This document shows, one piece after another, positions 1 to 14,000 of a DNA stretch of 64,000 bases. A model generated the notes under the pieces. The model saw nothing but the letters and a program-made list of their open reading frames with translations, had not been told where the DNA came from and did not search any database. Position numbers and translations under genes: made by a program. Positions within the stretch are counted from its first letter, which is position 1; each line of letters begins with the position of its first letter. Origin of the DNA: Takakia lepidozioides (taxonomy: Eukaryota > Plantae > Bryophyta); the NCBI GenBank assembly GCA_030704615.1, contig CM060734.1:5456001-5520000 (forward strand). Direction: 5' to 3'.

Positions 1-3000
1 GGTTCTCATACAAGCAAGGTACTAAGTAGCTGTTTTGTTTTTGAGAAGCTGTCACACCTGTTTTGGGCCTGTTCATGCAATTTTTTGCTTGTCTCGTGAC
101 AATGGTGCATGCACTGGGACGGTAGATGTGTGACTTAATAGAAAGAGATGTCTGTCTGAAGGAACTTCAATATCACTGAGGTTGATTTCAGATGCAAGAT
201 AATTGGTCCACCTAGCTTTGTAAATGTGATAGAAATGAGGCCTTTCAGCCGTTTAAGCGTGCTCATGACAAGTAATTTCTAGAAAGCAACTTTTGACAGA
301 GGGAACAACTCTTGATTTGGGTGGTCTGTAGGAGAACAAAAGCCGTTTTGCTGTGGCACAAACTCTGCACCATAAAGTTTGCCATGTGACACTTCTGCCA
401 TGTAAGTACAGTATCTGCTTGACTTTTACGCTCCATATCCTCTAAACTTGGAGTGAACTTGCAAATGGTATATGTATGACCAGAAAGTCTCCTCGCCTGT
501 CTTTCACATTCTTTATATAAAAGCTAATGGGGTAGGACTGTCTTTAAAATGAAATAAATATTGTACTCAGTTTTGAAACCCTGCATAGTCTGTGCTCAAC
601 TAATTAAGCACCATGTACAAAGGGTCAGCAGCGGAGGGGCACTCACCCTATTAGTGTGCACAGATAGGAATGGCTTCCAGCGGAACTGTCTGCTAAAATA
701 ATGCGAGTCCAGTAGATTTAGACACTTAGCAGCAGTGGCTGTATGCCAAGGCAGCCTTCAGCGTTAAAATCATTTCAAGAAAGGGTAGGCCTGAAAAGGC
801 CAACTAAGAGTAAGATAGCAGCAGAAGCCTATTTGGCACAACTCACAAATCAGCTGGAGATCAGAAGGGAATCGCAACCCAAAACTTTGTGCGTATATGT
901 TTGGTAGTACAGTATATTCATAAATTTCTGGTGATGTACTTCCCTTCTTAATTTGTTTGTGGCAGAGCTCTCTGTATGAATTGCAGCTGAAATTTCAGTC
1001 AAGGAGGGTGCTGGAAAGAGCTGGCGATTGTCACTGCATGGGGTTGTGCAGTTTGCACAAGACTGGAGACCATAAGCATACATGCCAGGCTTGTAACCAG
1101 TTTCTGGTATGTATACAAGCTGCATATTTGATGTTGACCCATAGGAGATGCTGGCATCTAGCCTTAAGGTCTTACATCAACCCATGAAAAGAGAAGTCAG
1201 AAAGGCCCTCTGTAGATGCATTTCTTCTTCGCCGTGTATTCTCATGACAACTTATTAGGCACTTAAACAGTGAAGCATTTGCCATGAGGCCGGAAACAGT
1301 GGCTCTTCCAAGTCACGGGTGAAGTGATCCAGGAAAGATAATTTTGCTTCTTTAGGCCCTGGTCTGTTCAGTGTTTTGTCTCATTGTTTCTTTTGCTGGT
1401 TTTATTCTTTTCCAGCATTGAGTGGTACTAAAGTTTCCTGGGGTTCTGTCCCCTTTCTTTAAGACCAAAAGGAAAATGAGAAAAAGTGAGAGGTAAACAT
1501 CCCATATTGTAACCCTTGTAATGTCTTTCAACAAGCTTTGAGTTACCAGACAAGGAAATTGGCTGTAGCAATCAATAGCATATCATACAATTTTATTTGG
1601 GACTAAGTTGATTTGCTTACTGCACATTTGGGCAGGGTTATTCCAATGGAGCTCAGGCTATCAAATGAGGAGGATGGTTCCAAGGGTATATAGTAGGGCT
1701 GGATGGTTGTCAATGACAACTGGAATTCTGCATCACAAAGGCACTATCCTCAGCTAAGTAGTCTTTAGGGAGGGTGGCGATTGATAGGATGTGTGTAGCC
1801 TACCATCAGTTCCGAAAAGTAATGTTAGTCAGGTGCTTTTTATATGAGCACAATTTCATGCCCTGTTAGTGGATGGCAAATTTTTTTTAAATCTCCAGGA
1901 CCCTATTTTGCATATAGTTGGCTCTGTTGTCTAATCCAACATCTTGAAACAATTTTTGTGTCCCCTGGGAACCACTATGGCTTCAGCAATTAGCTCAAAA
2001 CCCTCTGAGAAACAGTTGGGCTTTGGTGATTTTGAGTCATGAGCCATGTTCATCCAAAAAAGCTCATTTCCCCTAGCTATGTCGACTACTAGCTGCAGGA
2101 AATCCACCCAACTCTGTAGTTCTGCCTTGATTCCTTTCAAGCATGATCTGTCCCAATATGCTAGTGCACTGCGCAATCTATCATTTCGTTTCAACAAAGC
2201 AAAATCAAGAAACTCTTTTCACGACAAGCAAAAGCATAAGCTTGTTGCAAATATGCAGTATACCTACATGAATTCTAGCAATTTCAACAAAAGGACCAGT
2301 CCTGTCCGGACTCCGTAATAGCAGTTAGTCACAACACACCCTGCACACCCATTGCCTGTAGGAATAGAACGGAAAGATCTCCCTTGGTGCAACTGTGGGA
2401 TCCAAGGTTGCTCACCTGATGTTGTGGAAGGATGGCATTTGATCTGCTACTGGATGTACCCACCTGCCCAACTATGTTCTCAGCCTTTGACAAGTACCAG
2501 TTGGGAAGGACTGGTGTAGAGTACCAGTTGGGGAGGCCTGTAGGACGGAGCCAGTTGGGACTGGTGTACCCCAGGAACATGGGCCCATGAGTGGCACGCG
2601 GGAACAGTCAGGCAAACTCTGGACTAGTGCTGCACTAAAGTACTCTCTCTGACCCCCTGACACCCATCTGATGGAAAAACACCCTTTTAGCTTCTTTTAT
2701 TACTCTTTAAGCTTGCTTGGTACAAACAAGCCTACAAGCTTCACACCTGAGTCCCTGACACTCTCTACAGGTCACCTTACTTCACTGTTTTTGGCTGCAT
2801 TTGTTAATTTGGGAAAGAAAAGGAGTCATTGATGCTGTCACAGGCTCAGCGCTCTAGCACTCTCTAAAGAACGAGAGGGAGAAAGAGGCGTGGAAATTTC
2901 CTCATCTCTTCTGACATGAGCCTCACCTCACAAGTTTACTTTATACTTCTTTTGTTTGTTTCGATGAGTTCTTGTATGAATTTCCTAATATGCTCACGGG

Positions 3001-4199
3001 CGCAATGACCACCAGAAGATAGACATGCGTCCAAAGGGGGGCTTTTAGAAATATGATGAGGTATGGAAGGTGAGGTAGTACCAGCAGGAGCAGCAGGGAG
3101 GGTCCCAGAGCACTCATACCTGCCACTGTACATTTGGTGGCTGGCCAAACCTACCCAGCCCCCTTCGCTAACTCGTGCTGGGCATTCAAATCTGTTCAAT
3201 CCAAAACTGGTAGAATTTAATACCATCCCCTTCAGGCAGGACCTGGCACTGGCATTCCGGGACAACTTTAACTCATGAGTACAGTCAAACCTGGATATAT
3301 ATATATATATATATTTTGGTTTTGTTTTGTTTTGTTTTTTTTTTTTTAAATTTGAAAGGGGAACAGGGGCCCTTTTAATCAAATTAAAATAAAAAGTGTC
3401 AAAACAGGTGGAAAAAATAATCACCTAGGGAGGCCGTAAAGGTCACTGAGGGGAAACTTCCCCGTAACATAAGCGTACCAGCTAAATCAAGAAACAGAAA
3501 TAGATGTAGCACAGAGCAGGTGTTCTAGAAGGGAGCAGATGCAGCATGGAGTTCTAAGGGAGATCTGAGCGAGCAGAACTAGCATGGAGGTGATAGGAAA
3601 GGAGTTCTATCACGCAATGAGAAAAGGTTGAATCCTAGAAAGCAAGACATAGAGTAAAGATTGAAGCTTGACTAGAGATCCAATAGATGAGAATTAAAAA
3701 CGCAGTTGGGTTCTAGACTTGGTAACTCGCGCCTTCTTGTGCCTCCAATTAAAGTCTCCATCCTCGCCTTCACCAGGGGACATCCCAGGCAGCAGGAGTG
3801 TTGACCTGCCAGCAGAACCGCATGTTAGGAAAGCTGGTTCTGAGAATGTCACTTTTACCCCAGGACTCATGAAAAGCATCGATGAGCTTCCTCCCTCGTT
3901 GTTCAGAGCATCTGGAAAGAGCTGCAATCAATATGCCCCATGCTTTCCTCCCCTCAGTGAGCAGGTCCTGATAGATGCAGAAAAGAATGGACCTGCCCCT
4001 CGGGGGTCTTCCCTCATAAACAAATTTGCATCTAGCCTTCCATAGGTTCTACATAGTTAGAGCCCTAAGACTAGCCCATACTGGGCAGATACAAAGAGTG
4101 TTGCCTGGCAGCAAATTCAAAAGGAACAAAGAGGAGGGGGTAGGGGTTGGGAATGACTCCCAGCTAGAGTAGAAATGCAGCACCGCTCGCCATACTCTG

Positions 4200-5720
4200 G
4201 CTGGAAGAAAACATTCCACGAGACAGTGCTCAATGGACTCAGGCTGGGCCAGACACTGATTGCAAATAGTGTTGTTAAGCTAAGTCTTAACATGAATTGG
4301 CAAAAGCTATCTTCCATAAGAAGCCTTGGATTTTGACCGGTCTCTCTTTTTTCCAGATATCCTTCCACATCAAGTCCTAAACAGGTTGCGTGAGGCTGAG
4401 ATGCCCCCATTTTTCATTCCACCTGGCCAAGAAAGATGTAGCAGGTTCCATGAGAGTGTAACCCAATTTGACTGATCAGTAGGCAAAGAAGGGGGATTTA
4501 TTTTCATCTTTCCAGCTCCATTCACCCGGGTCAAACTGCAAGGCATCCAGAGGGTAAGATAAAAACCAAATCAAAGAACAGTGGTATGTCCATTGCATCC
4601 CGAGCCCTGTTGGCGGTGTTGGGTTGGCATTCCCTTTGTCATCCAGCACCCTGATGGGGAACAGAAATTGCCTATGCATGTCCATAGAACTCCTAAGCTG
4701 TAGGTTGCCCTCATAATTTGCATGAAAAACTGTGAGGGCTCTCTCTTTTCTAGAGGTCTCTTCTGCCTTTTTCTTGGATAGTTCCTGACATACTTTTTTG
4801 AGGTTGTGAAGTTTGGACATAAAAAGAAGAGTGGGGGAGGAGTGAGAGGAGGGGAGGTCAGCAGAGGACCAAACCCTTTGGAGATGAAGAATGACCTCTT
4901 GGTCCAAGAGTAGGGTTGGGTTTAATTTGAAGAAACCCCTTCCCTTGACCCTTGACCCAGGGGTGTGGAGAGATAACTGGATTGTGGCATGATCAAAGCC
5001 AGGGGCTATTGGAACAATAGGGGATCTTATAGACCAGTTGAGCAAGTGAGCTGAGCAGTAGAACCTGTCTAACCGAGCGAGCGAGAGGTTTGGTGGCTGT
5101 CTATTGTTTGACCAGGTAAATTGCAGCTCATTAGTTGCTGGTGGGGAGGCATCCAAGAGACCCACTGCCAGACAGAGTGAGTCCTAGGAGTCTCTTTCAG
5201 CGACTGAGAAACCATGGACATTGGAGCCAAAACGGTCATTATCAAACTCAACCATATTGAAATCACCGCCTACCAACCAGTGCTGAATGTCTACATGTTG
5301 CAGAACTTTCACCCTCATATTGGTCTAGAGATCTACCCGCTCTTCTTCATTGTTTGGGGCATAGACATTGAGAACCCCTATATTCCCAATGGCCGGGCCA
5401 AGGTTCATTATAACAAGCTGTACACAACCCTGGACCCAAATCTCATTTGACAGAATGCTAGGGCCCAAAGAGGGGGAGACCAGAATTGCAGTTCCCCCTC
5501 TGGAATCGGCAACCATAGGGTTCCAAAAGACAGATGAAGAGGGCCAAATTGAAGCACCCAAAGAAGCAATTTTAGCTGAATCTAGCTTATGCTCTTGGAG
5601 GAAAATAAGAGAAGAACGGTTGATAAGATTTGACGTCCAGTGTCTGATTCTTGCCCTTTTCGGGGCAGAGTGATCAGAGCCTATTCCTCGGATGTTCCAG
5701 CTAAATAGGGTGAAAGTTCA
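4200..5720 (-). pseudogene. LINE ORF2 remnant: APE endonuclease joined directly to the C-terminal zf-RVT region, RT missing
   Basis: WNIRG, SRGGTAIL, NVYAPN, FTW, RLDRFY, DH and FKLN motifs span 5720-4900. WKDIWKKERPVKIQGFLWKI and CNQCLAQPESIEHCLVEC lie at ~4210-4360. No RT motifs occur in between. Confidence 0.8.
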
Positions 5721-6036
5721 TGGAATTGGTGTGAATAGGCCCGCGGTTTCACCACGATTTTATGGCCAAGAGGGAAGGAAGCGAAATTTCGTCCGTTTGT
5801 CCGTGGGCTTTAATGTGTGAATCCACCTAAACCCAGCTGGGGGGGGGGGTAGGGCAACAGAAAGATTCCAAACAAAGAACTGCCTAGACCTTTTCCTCTT
5901 GTTAGTACAATCTCATTCCATAAATTGGTTCTTGGTATCTGTCAGTATAGATATTTTCTTCAATGACAGCTCCCAGGCCAGTTTGGACGAAAGAAAACAG
6001 ACAACTTCCTTTGAATGTAGAGGGATGTCAGCATCA

Positions 6037-8082
6037 TCAGCCAGGCAACATTTTGTGATCTCCAAAAGTGTGTTGAAGCATCAAAATCCAGCCCCTTTTT
6101 ATGTTGGAAGCATCAGGCACAAAGAACAAGAGAGGAGAGTAAGCATGAGATGTTATGCTTACCGGAGGAGGAGAATCCACCGTCTCCTCTGGCTGCAGTA
6201 GCTCAGTGATTTTTTGCGCCGCATTGGAAGACATCAATATGTGAGCCTCTTTGTAAAGCACCATCTCCTTGATGTTGTTGGGCTCCAATTCCTGATTGTT
6301 CTTGTTTTCCTTGTATGCCAGGCCCTTGCGCTTCTGCGAACTCTCAAGTTCAGCCACCATTCGCTGCCCTTTCTCCAGGATGAGGGAGCTGCGGGCCCAA
6401 GTAGCAGGGTCGTTTACCCTGCAACCAAATCCGTCTACCCACAGCCCCTTGTACGGTTTGTGCACATCTTGGAGGTCACTGGAGTGGAAAATTGGGAGTA
6501 CATGAATGATTGCCAGATTTACAAGGGCGTCATTGTTTTCCACCATGATGCCTATGTGCTGCAGATGAGATAGAGAGAGGGAAATGTGAGGAAAGAACTC
6601 CCTGAGAATCTGATTTGTCAAGAGAAGAGTGATATCCTTTTCTCTTCCAACACCGAAATTCTTGGATATGGATTCCTCAACCCAGGCCGAGCGGAAGCCT
6701 TCTCCATCATCCTGGATGCAAAAATTTGTGTACTCTTCAGAGAACGTGTAGACAAGAGGAGTAACACAGATTGCAGCTCTGTCACGAGCATATGCAGATC
6801 CAGGGGCCCAGCCAATTAGCGGCCTTCTTGAGAAGGAATGCAGCTCGAGAAAGGAGATTGCGAGACTAGCACTGCCCAATAAACTGCAGTTCTTCTTCCG
6901 AGAAAGGAAATGAAGCCTAGGCATCTTTGACTCTGACAGGGTTAGTGTCGTATGGGCGGTTGGGATGAATCCATTTGGCCAAGTCCCCACTTGATTTTTA
7001 TTTATTTTTATAGTAGTATGTCCCCCTTGAATAATCCCCATGTCAGCTCCCCCTGAAGCCTGTGCAGTGTCGCTCGGTATCCCATTTTTAAAAGAGGATC
7101 ATGTCTTGTCAAAATGTGGGAGATTACCGTTGGTCGCGTCCAAGACAGAGTTCTTGCCCAGTTTTGGACAGCACGAGCGAACGTGACCCTCACCACCACA
7201 CTGGAAGCATATTGTGGAGATGAGCTCCTCCCTGATTGCAACGACAATGAACGAGTTGTCCAATGTGGGGAGTTTGATGGAGGTACCTATTGGCTTAGAC
7301 TCCGGCATGAGCACTACCAGCTTTGGAACTCCGTTATCCCTGTTGAAATCGAAGTGCACAGTTTCCGTATCAACACTTCTTGCACTGGTGTCCTGAATTG
7401 GCTCAAAAACGTTCAGGGAACCGATGAACGTGCCGAAGCTTGCACCGATTTCTGAGAGAGAAGTTAAGTATGTCGCAGGTAGAAATGGAATTGCGATGAC
7501 CCTTGGTTTCCACATTACTCCTTGCTTATGGCCCCAGTCATGGGTCCAAGGAAAAAAGAAAACCTTCGCAGCAGACGTCTGGGTATTGAACTGTAGCGCC
7601 ATCTCTGCTTCCACTGGAGAACAGAAAAGAACCAGGTAGAAACCTCTGCCCATGGGCAAGCAAAAGTGATGAGCAAGTCCTCCTTCAGCGCCAAGATGCC
7701 CGGCTATCCATCCGCGAACCCATTTCCTAGACCTGAGTTTGCCCGGAAAATAGAGTAGAATCCCCCTTTGAGAGAGTTTTTGCGCCTGGGATTTAAGCTT
7801 CTCCTTATCCAGGGCCAGCACAGGCTGTCCGACGACCTCCTGGGGGATGGAATCTTCCTACATTCCTTCGTTTGACAACGGGGATTGCATATCGAGCGAT
7901 GGGCCTGGACCTTTGCCCAAGATGGAGTCTCCCAATCCATTGGAGATGGAGATGTTTTTGATAATCCACTTTGATTTCCCTCCATGGACAGCTAGCGCGG
8001 AGCCAGAGCGTTGGGCTGCTCCCGAGCGTTGTGCAGAGCCGCCTCTGTTTCCTCTTTTGCTCATTGTTCCTCGGGCATTCAT
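6037..8082 (-). pseudogene. LINE ORF1 (RNA-binding DUF4283-like region plus zinc knuckle), fragmented
   Basis: ORFs 7858-8082, 7099-7821 (GRGFYLVLF, FFFPW, CFQCGGEGHVRSCC) and 6037-7041 lie in tandem on the minus strand. Confidence 0.75.
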
Positions 8083-11000
8083 GGCTGTAACTTAGATAGA
8101 AGAGGCACCACTGTCAAAGCTTGTATCTAGCAGCACCAGCACTATCACATACAAGTCCAACCAATTCTTAGCAAGCGATGTCACGCACCAGACAAGAAGA
8201 GAGGGAGCACTATAGAAATCAATGAAGGCGTTCGGCTAGAAAGGCCTGGGAGCACCAGGTCACACCCAGCTTATAGAAGGGTGTAACGGGCAATCACAGC
8301 GAAGAACGTATGGAGCAGACTGTATCCTGCAGAAAGGAGATGTATGAGGAAGCACTCATTCAATAACTTGACAGTCTTTCTTCGATCGAGAGCTGCAAGC
8401 CAAACAAGGATTGAAAGCAGACATGCCTTTTTTTGGGGGGGGGGATAAAAGCATGTCATGAAAGTAGGGGAGGAGGAAGGATCACTCCCCTGCGATGATC
8501 AGCCGCCATAGATGGAGCCGCCCAAATGCTTCGGGAGTAACACTACCTGCGTTGTGTTCATGAACGCAACAGACTTTCACTCTGCATTATGGGGGCATAT
8601 TGCCAACCTGAGTTGGAGGAGTGCAGAGGAGCTTAATATCGCCCGCTAAACAGTCAGGGGATGGTTGTTTATGTCGGGGGAGAATCTGCTCTTAATGTGA
8701 TCGCGGGGAATCACGCCACCAGCTAGGGAAAGAGAAAGAAACGAGAAAGGGAGTTCGTGGATGATAGAGGGAAGGCAGTGAGCCCGAGGGAAAGAGAAGA
8801 AGAAAGGGGGGGTGACGAGGAAGAGTTCTGTTAGTTCAACAGAGAATTGAAGGATTAGGGCAAAACCATAGCGCCGACTTCACAATCTGCAAGAGTTACT
8901 GAACACTGAGCTTAGTTTCAGTACATTGTCGAGCTATTGATGGGACTTGTGCTGGATGCGCTGAGGAGAGCTTGAAAAAGACTAAATCCTCAAGCTCTCT
9001 CACCGCAAACTGCGGAGCCCCTTTACATCGCGCTCGCCCCCAGATAATTGAAGAGTAGGAACTCTATAACAATTAGGAAGTTATATCAAATAACAGTAAA
9101 ACAGGTTGAAATTTCATAATGTAACAATCAGAAATTTAACATTAAAATAGGTCCTTCAGATGCAAGATAACATTTAGAGAGAGGGCAGAAAATATGATGT
9201 AATGTCTCTCTGCCGGCAGTTTGTCTGCTTAGCAAGATGCAATTCCTTCTCCATGGATAAACAATTAGAGAGAGCACTTTGAAACATTTTGCTCTCACGG
9301 CAAAATCTAGACCAATGTGGAACCTCACATTTTATCTACAAACACAGCTTCTTGTTGGATTCTCGATCCACCTCATAACAAGACATTGCCGACACGTACA
9401 AACCGATGCTTCCTCTCTTCTTCAGACATACACTCATAGTATCTCAGTAGCAGTGAAGGTGTCATCACATAGTGCTTAACCTACTGTTCTCTGTTCCCGT
9501 AGACATTCGCAGTACCCTACCAGGAGGTTCTCGAGTTCCCTGGAGGCCCCCCAAACCTTAATAGGTGGCGGTTAGGGTTCTCCTGGCCATTTCAATAGTT
9601 TAAATGCCCATTTCAATAGTGAATTTGAATTTGAATACTAATACCATTTTTATTTTATTATTATTACTTTATTGAATGTAACAATGATATAGGTGTCTTA
9701 ACAAAGAGGAGAGTAGGTATTCAATAACAAATAACAAATAACACTCTTTTTGTCATTCTAGTATATATTTTTACAGAGTAAGAAAACCATATGATATAAC
9801 AAAAAAAGAGGTAACATTTATCCAGGTTTGACTGTACATATCTAGTTTCTCACACACATATTTCTCCTTGCAACGTTGTCCAACATGGGTGGGCTTATAA
9901 AGTAGGTGGTGCATCATACCAACCCACCAAAGCAACTAATTAGACATCCATCTCTCTTCTACAAACAAGCTCTATATGTCTTTCACTTGGGTCACTCGGA
10001 ATCTAATGGCTCGTTGGCCCCAACACCCAATCGCTCAATGGGCGGGTGTAAAACAGGCAACAGTTCAAGCAAGGCAACAGAAGTAGGCATCATTGTTCAG
10101 TTCAAGCTACAATCATAACACTGTATTATTGTGTAAGATTTGCTATTGCCATACAAGTAAACTCCATCAAATGTTAGGCCTTTCAAAAGGAATCTGGGTG
10201 GGAAATTGCACATGAGCATGTCAAACAAGCACATGAGCAAGGATTCTCTTTGGACCACTTACAAAGCTGAAAAGGAGAAGTGAATGAAACACGGAGCATC
10301 CAGCGCTGACAACAATAAAGTTTCCCACGAAGAATAGTGGGGAAGAATCTTATAATATGAGAGAATATGTGCTGTGTTGCCGGTGAAGCGCGGATGCATG
10401 ATTGGCAGTGACAAGAACGAGGCGAAGATGATGATGGGAATGCTGGGCGGATGCTACCAAAAAGGTTCGTGGTCACAGGCATCACTGGCTGGTTGTTGTT
10501 TTTGTTAAGCCTGTGTGGGAGGGGAGCAACAAGAATGATGATCACCGCCCTCGCCAGAGCATCCTTACAAAAGGCAAGGTGGAGGGAGGAGAGAGACGCA
10601 AGTACGGAGGCCGGTGAGGGAGGGGGGGAGGCATGATGGGGCCACAGAGCGCGCGTGTAGGGGGGATTGCTGCAATCGGATCGGATATTGCGCTCAGTGC
10701 CTACACGAGGGGGGGCACCCCTTGTGCATTCATCACCTGCCCTGCTTGCTGGCCTGCCATGCGCCCCCTCCTCCCTGTCCCTCCTCCATACATTTCCATC
10801 TGGATTCTCCACCACCGCTGCCAGCCGGTTGCAAAATTCTCCCAACAACTTCCCTTCAATTACTTTTTTTTCCCCACCCACTGGAGGTCCCTGTTTTGTG
10901 TTTTTGGCCATGAAACTTGAGTTGATCTTGAGAGTTTCTTCTGAAGTGAAAAACCCAGGTTTTACTGGGCAATGAAATGGTTTTTCCTAGTTATTTGGAA

Positions 11001-14000
11001 TGATGGAGGCTGCCTGGTTACTCTACATAACCTAGGTGATCCTGGGTTCAATCCTTCAACATGTGCCTTCAGGCCGTCCATTGGGCCCTCGATGGCCTGT
11101 GTGTAAATTCACTGGACGTTAAAGAAACTTTATCTTTATCTTATCTACTGGAAATCCTGTTTTCACCTTGGTTAAAAATCCTATTTATGGGTTTTTTCCT
11201 GGAATGTACATTTTTTATTGTATAAATTTGTGGGATGTCAATCTTTATCCCTATTGGGTTGTGCACCTATGCCTGTTCTACTACAGGTATGAACAAATTT
11301 ATTTGGAATTATTAACCAATCTTCCATCTCATAGTATGTTCCCAGTTTTTCTATGGTTTTTTCCAGGCAGCAATTTCCCTTCTCACTAATCATTTTTCCC
11401 TTGACAGCCTTTACTTGTATCTCTACCTGGGAGTCCCAATGCAGTTTCCCATCATGTTATTTATTATGAGATATTTTAATAATAAGGAAGATGTTCTCAG
11501 CATTCCCACATTGACTCAGGGATTCTGCCTTCAACACAATTTCCCAGGAAGCTCCTTCCTTCCACAGAGAACTAGAATAATCCCAGGGTCCACTAGTGGC
11601 ACTTTGACTGGCAGGTGGGAGGAAAGAGGGGGGTGAGCAACTGGAAGTTGGCGGTGAAAGGAGTAATACAGGACGGGGTACAAGGATCCGGAAGCAGGCC
11701 GCACGGAGACCCACACGAGTGAGGCCTAGCTTGCATGCCTGCCACCACTCCACTCTTTGTACCTCTGCACCCAATGTGCTGCTTGCATGTGTGTGTGTGT
11801 GTATGTGCAGAGCTCTGGCTATGGCGTCTCTTCTCCCCATCACCCACGCGCTCTACACCGCAAGCTGGCCACCTCCTTGGTAGGTAGAAACTAGAAACAA
11901 CCAGGACTCAGCACCACTTGGAGGAGTTCAAATTTAGGCAAACGACATGATGCAAATAAGATCACTTAGTGGAATCATGAAAATGCATGTAGTTGCAAAT
12001 GATCAGGATCAAACCAGTAGCGTTGTATCTAGGCCATTCGTTTGTAGAAATCTTTGCTTGAAAACAGACACCCAAGCATGTAATTATATTATCCATGGTT
12101 AGTGGCGACAACTCTAGTGCAACTTAGCCTGAGACCATCCCAGATAGTTTTAAGGGAAAAAGAAAGTATGAAGGTTTTTTCCTCTCTCTTTCTCAAAACC
12201 TTGAATGAAATCATGGCAATCATTCACCTAGCGGACAGCAGCTTTCCGATAGGAGATCCGTCTATCGGCCTGGAAACTTGAAATGATGGCAAAATCAAAT
12301 CTCTGTGTGCAATCTCCAATGTGACTGTGTGCAATCTCCAATACCCCCCACCACAGCAAACCGAACAACCCTTCACACTTCCCCAGCGTTGTCCATGTTC
12401 GAGAATTGAATGAAGCTACCAGTTAGCTTAAGTTTGGTGAAGTTCTTTCAGTATTTACCTTTTCCCTAGGGAGTTCTTTTGATATACCCACCGTCAGCGA
12501 AATTGCTACGCAGTATACCAACTTGCTTCCCAAATTAGAGGATGTCCAGCTGCCAAGGTGGGTTGAAATCCTTTGAACAAAATGGGCCCGGAAACAGAGC
12601 CGCTAAACTTTATTTGAGCCACCCACCTCGAGCTGAACTGCTCAGACTCCGCACCTGAGCATGTCCTTCAAAGCTCAGGGCTGGCAAGTAGCAGGAGGAG
12701 GAGGAGGAGGCAAACGCTCAGAAGGCCAACAGGCAGCAGAGGGAGGCAAAGATGTTAGATAGAATGTGGGGAACTGCTTAGGCGCGCTGCACGGGCTACT
12801 AAGTGAGGGCTGTACTGGTGTTGTGCTATTGACCCCCTTACCCCATTGGAACTTGCAAGTTGACCAGTCAGGGCCAACTAGTGAGCACTAATTAGCAACT
12901 TATAAGAGCCCTGCAGGCAAAGGGACATCACAGTAGGCGTGAAGTAGCTGTGCCTGTGTCCTTGTACTAACATTGCTCACTTGGAAAGGTGCACTGCAGC
13001 TGCTAACATGCCATCATTCGCATATACTGGTTACAAATTAGCCTCCCACCCGAACACAGCCTTTCCTCCTTTCAGTGCGGTGCAAGCGGTCACCTACAAA
13101 GTCACAAGTGTAGCATCCTGACTGATGAATTATCGCCTCGCATTTCAATAACATAACACCTTGACAATTGCATGTGTGGGTTAACATGAATATCAAACAC
13201 CTTGATTAGCGCATATTGCCAGTGTCAGGCTGCGATATTAATCCATATAACACCTTGAGACGTGCATGTGTGGGATTTTTTCTTAAATCAAAACCGATCA
13301 TGCGTGATCCGCACATGTGAGATGATTCCAGACATTCGTAAGAATTACCTCACTTGAATCCTGGAGTCTCCGTGCAGGGTCAGGCCCACCTCACCCTTCC
13401 CTTGATTACCCTAATCCAGATATGGTTGATCGCACATTGGTGTTTCATTCGACCCAATGTTAGGGGTACATATTCAGCTTGAGCAGTGTGCCCAGTGTCC
13501 ACACTCCGCACGTCTCCAAAACTTGGTGAACTTGACAAAAGCTTGGATCACATGTATCCATACCACCGCCGATGGTGCAAGATAATTCGGAGCTTAATAA
13601 GGTCAATCGCTGATAGCCTCCATCCCATTTAGAAAATCTTTGTCGGTTAGCTCATTCCACACGAACAAAGTGGACGCTGCTGCATAAACAGATTCCCGCA
13701 TGAAAGCTTGTATTAGCTTAATCTACGAAAACAGATCTCTGCAGGACAATCCCACACACATGAATGGTTGCAGTTCCTTGGGCCGACTAAACCACCAGAG
13801 TAGCGACTAATAAGAAGATCCATGAGCTCACCACCCTGAGCTGCAACAAGGACAAAGTCCCCTCAGTTCAAACCAAACCCCACCACCACACGAGTCCAGT
13901 CGTTGGAAAACATCACCTCTTAGGTGTCAATTGCGGACCTTACTTTTGGGCGAACATGATCCACCTGCACACCCACACTCGCACGCAGAGCAGGCAGCAC

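Larger units (their letters stand above)
3315..8900 (-). mobile_element. Degenerate L1-type LINE retrotransposon with its RT region deleted
   Basis: ORF1 has a DUF4283-like region and a CCHC knuckle (CFQCGGEGHVRSCC). ORF2 has APE endonuclease motifs (FSWNIRG ~5700, LNVYAPN, ARLDRFY, DH) and a C-terminal zf-RVT. An A-rich tail lies at ~3315-3348 on the minus strand. The 5' boundary is uncertain. Confidence 0.85.

Noticed and set aside
1340-3290. Possible second LINE remnant, including a 3x ~27-bp repeat at ~2494-2570
   Set aside because: The composition is suggestive, but I found no diagnostic protein motif.
10183-10975. Overlapping ORFs up to 242 aa in a GC-rich patch
   Set aside because: No recognisable domain. 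ORFs are open on both strands because of low-complexity GC-rich sequence.
11900-13900. Possible decayed transposase or gene
   Set aside because: No long ORF and no motif I could assign.
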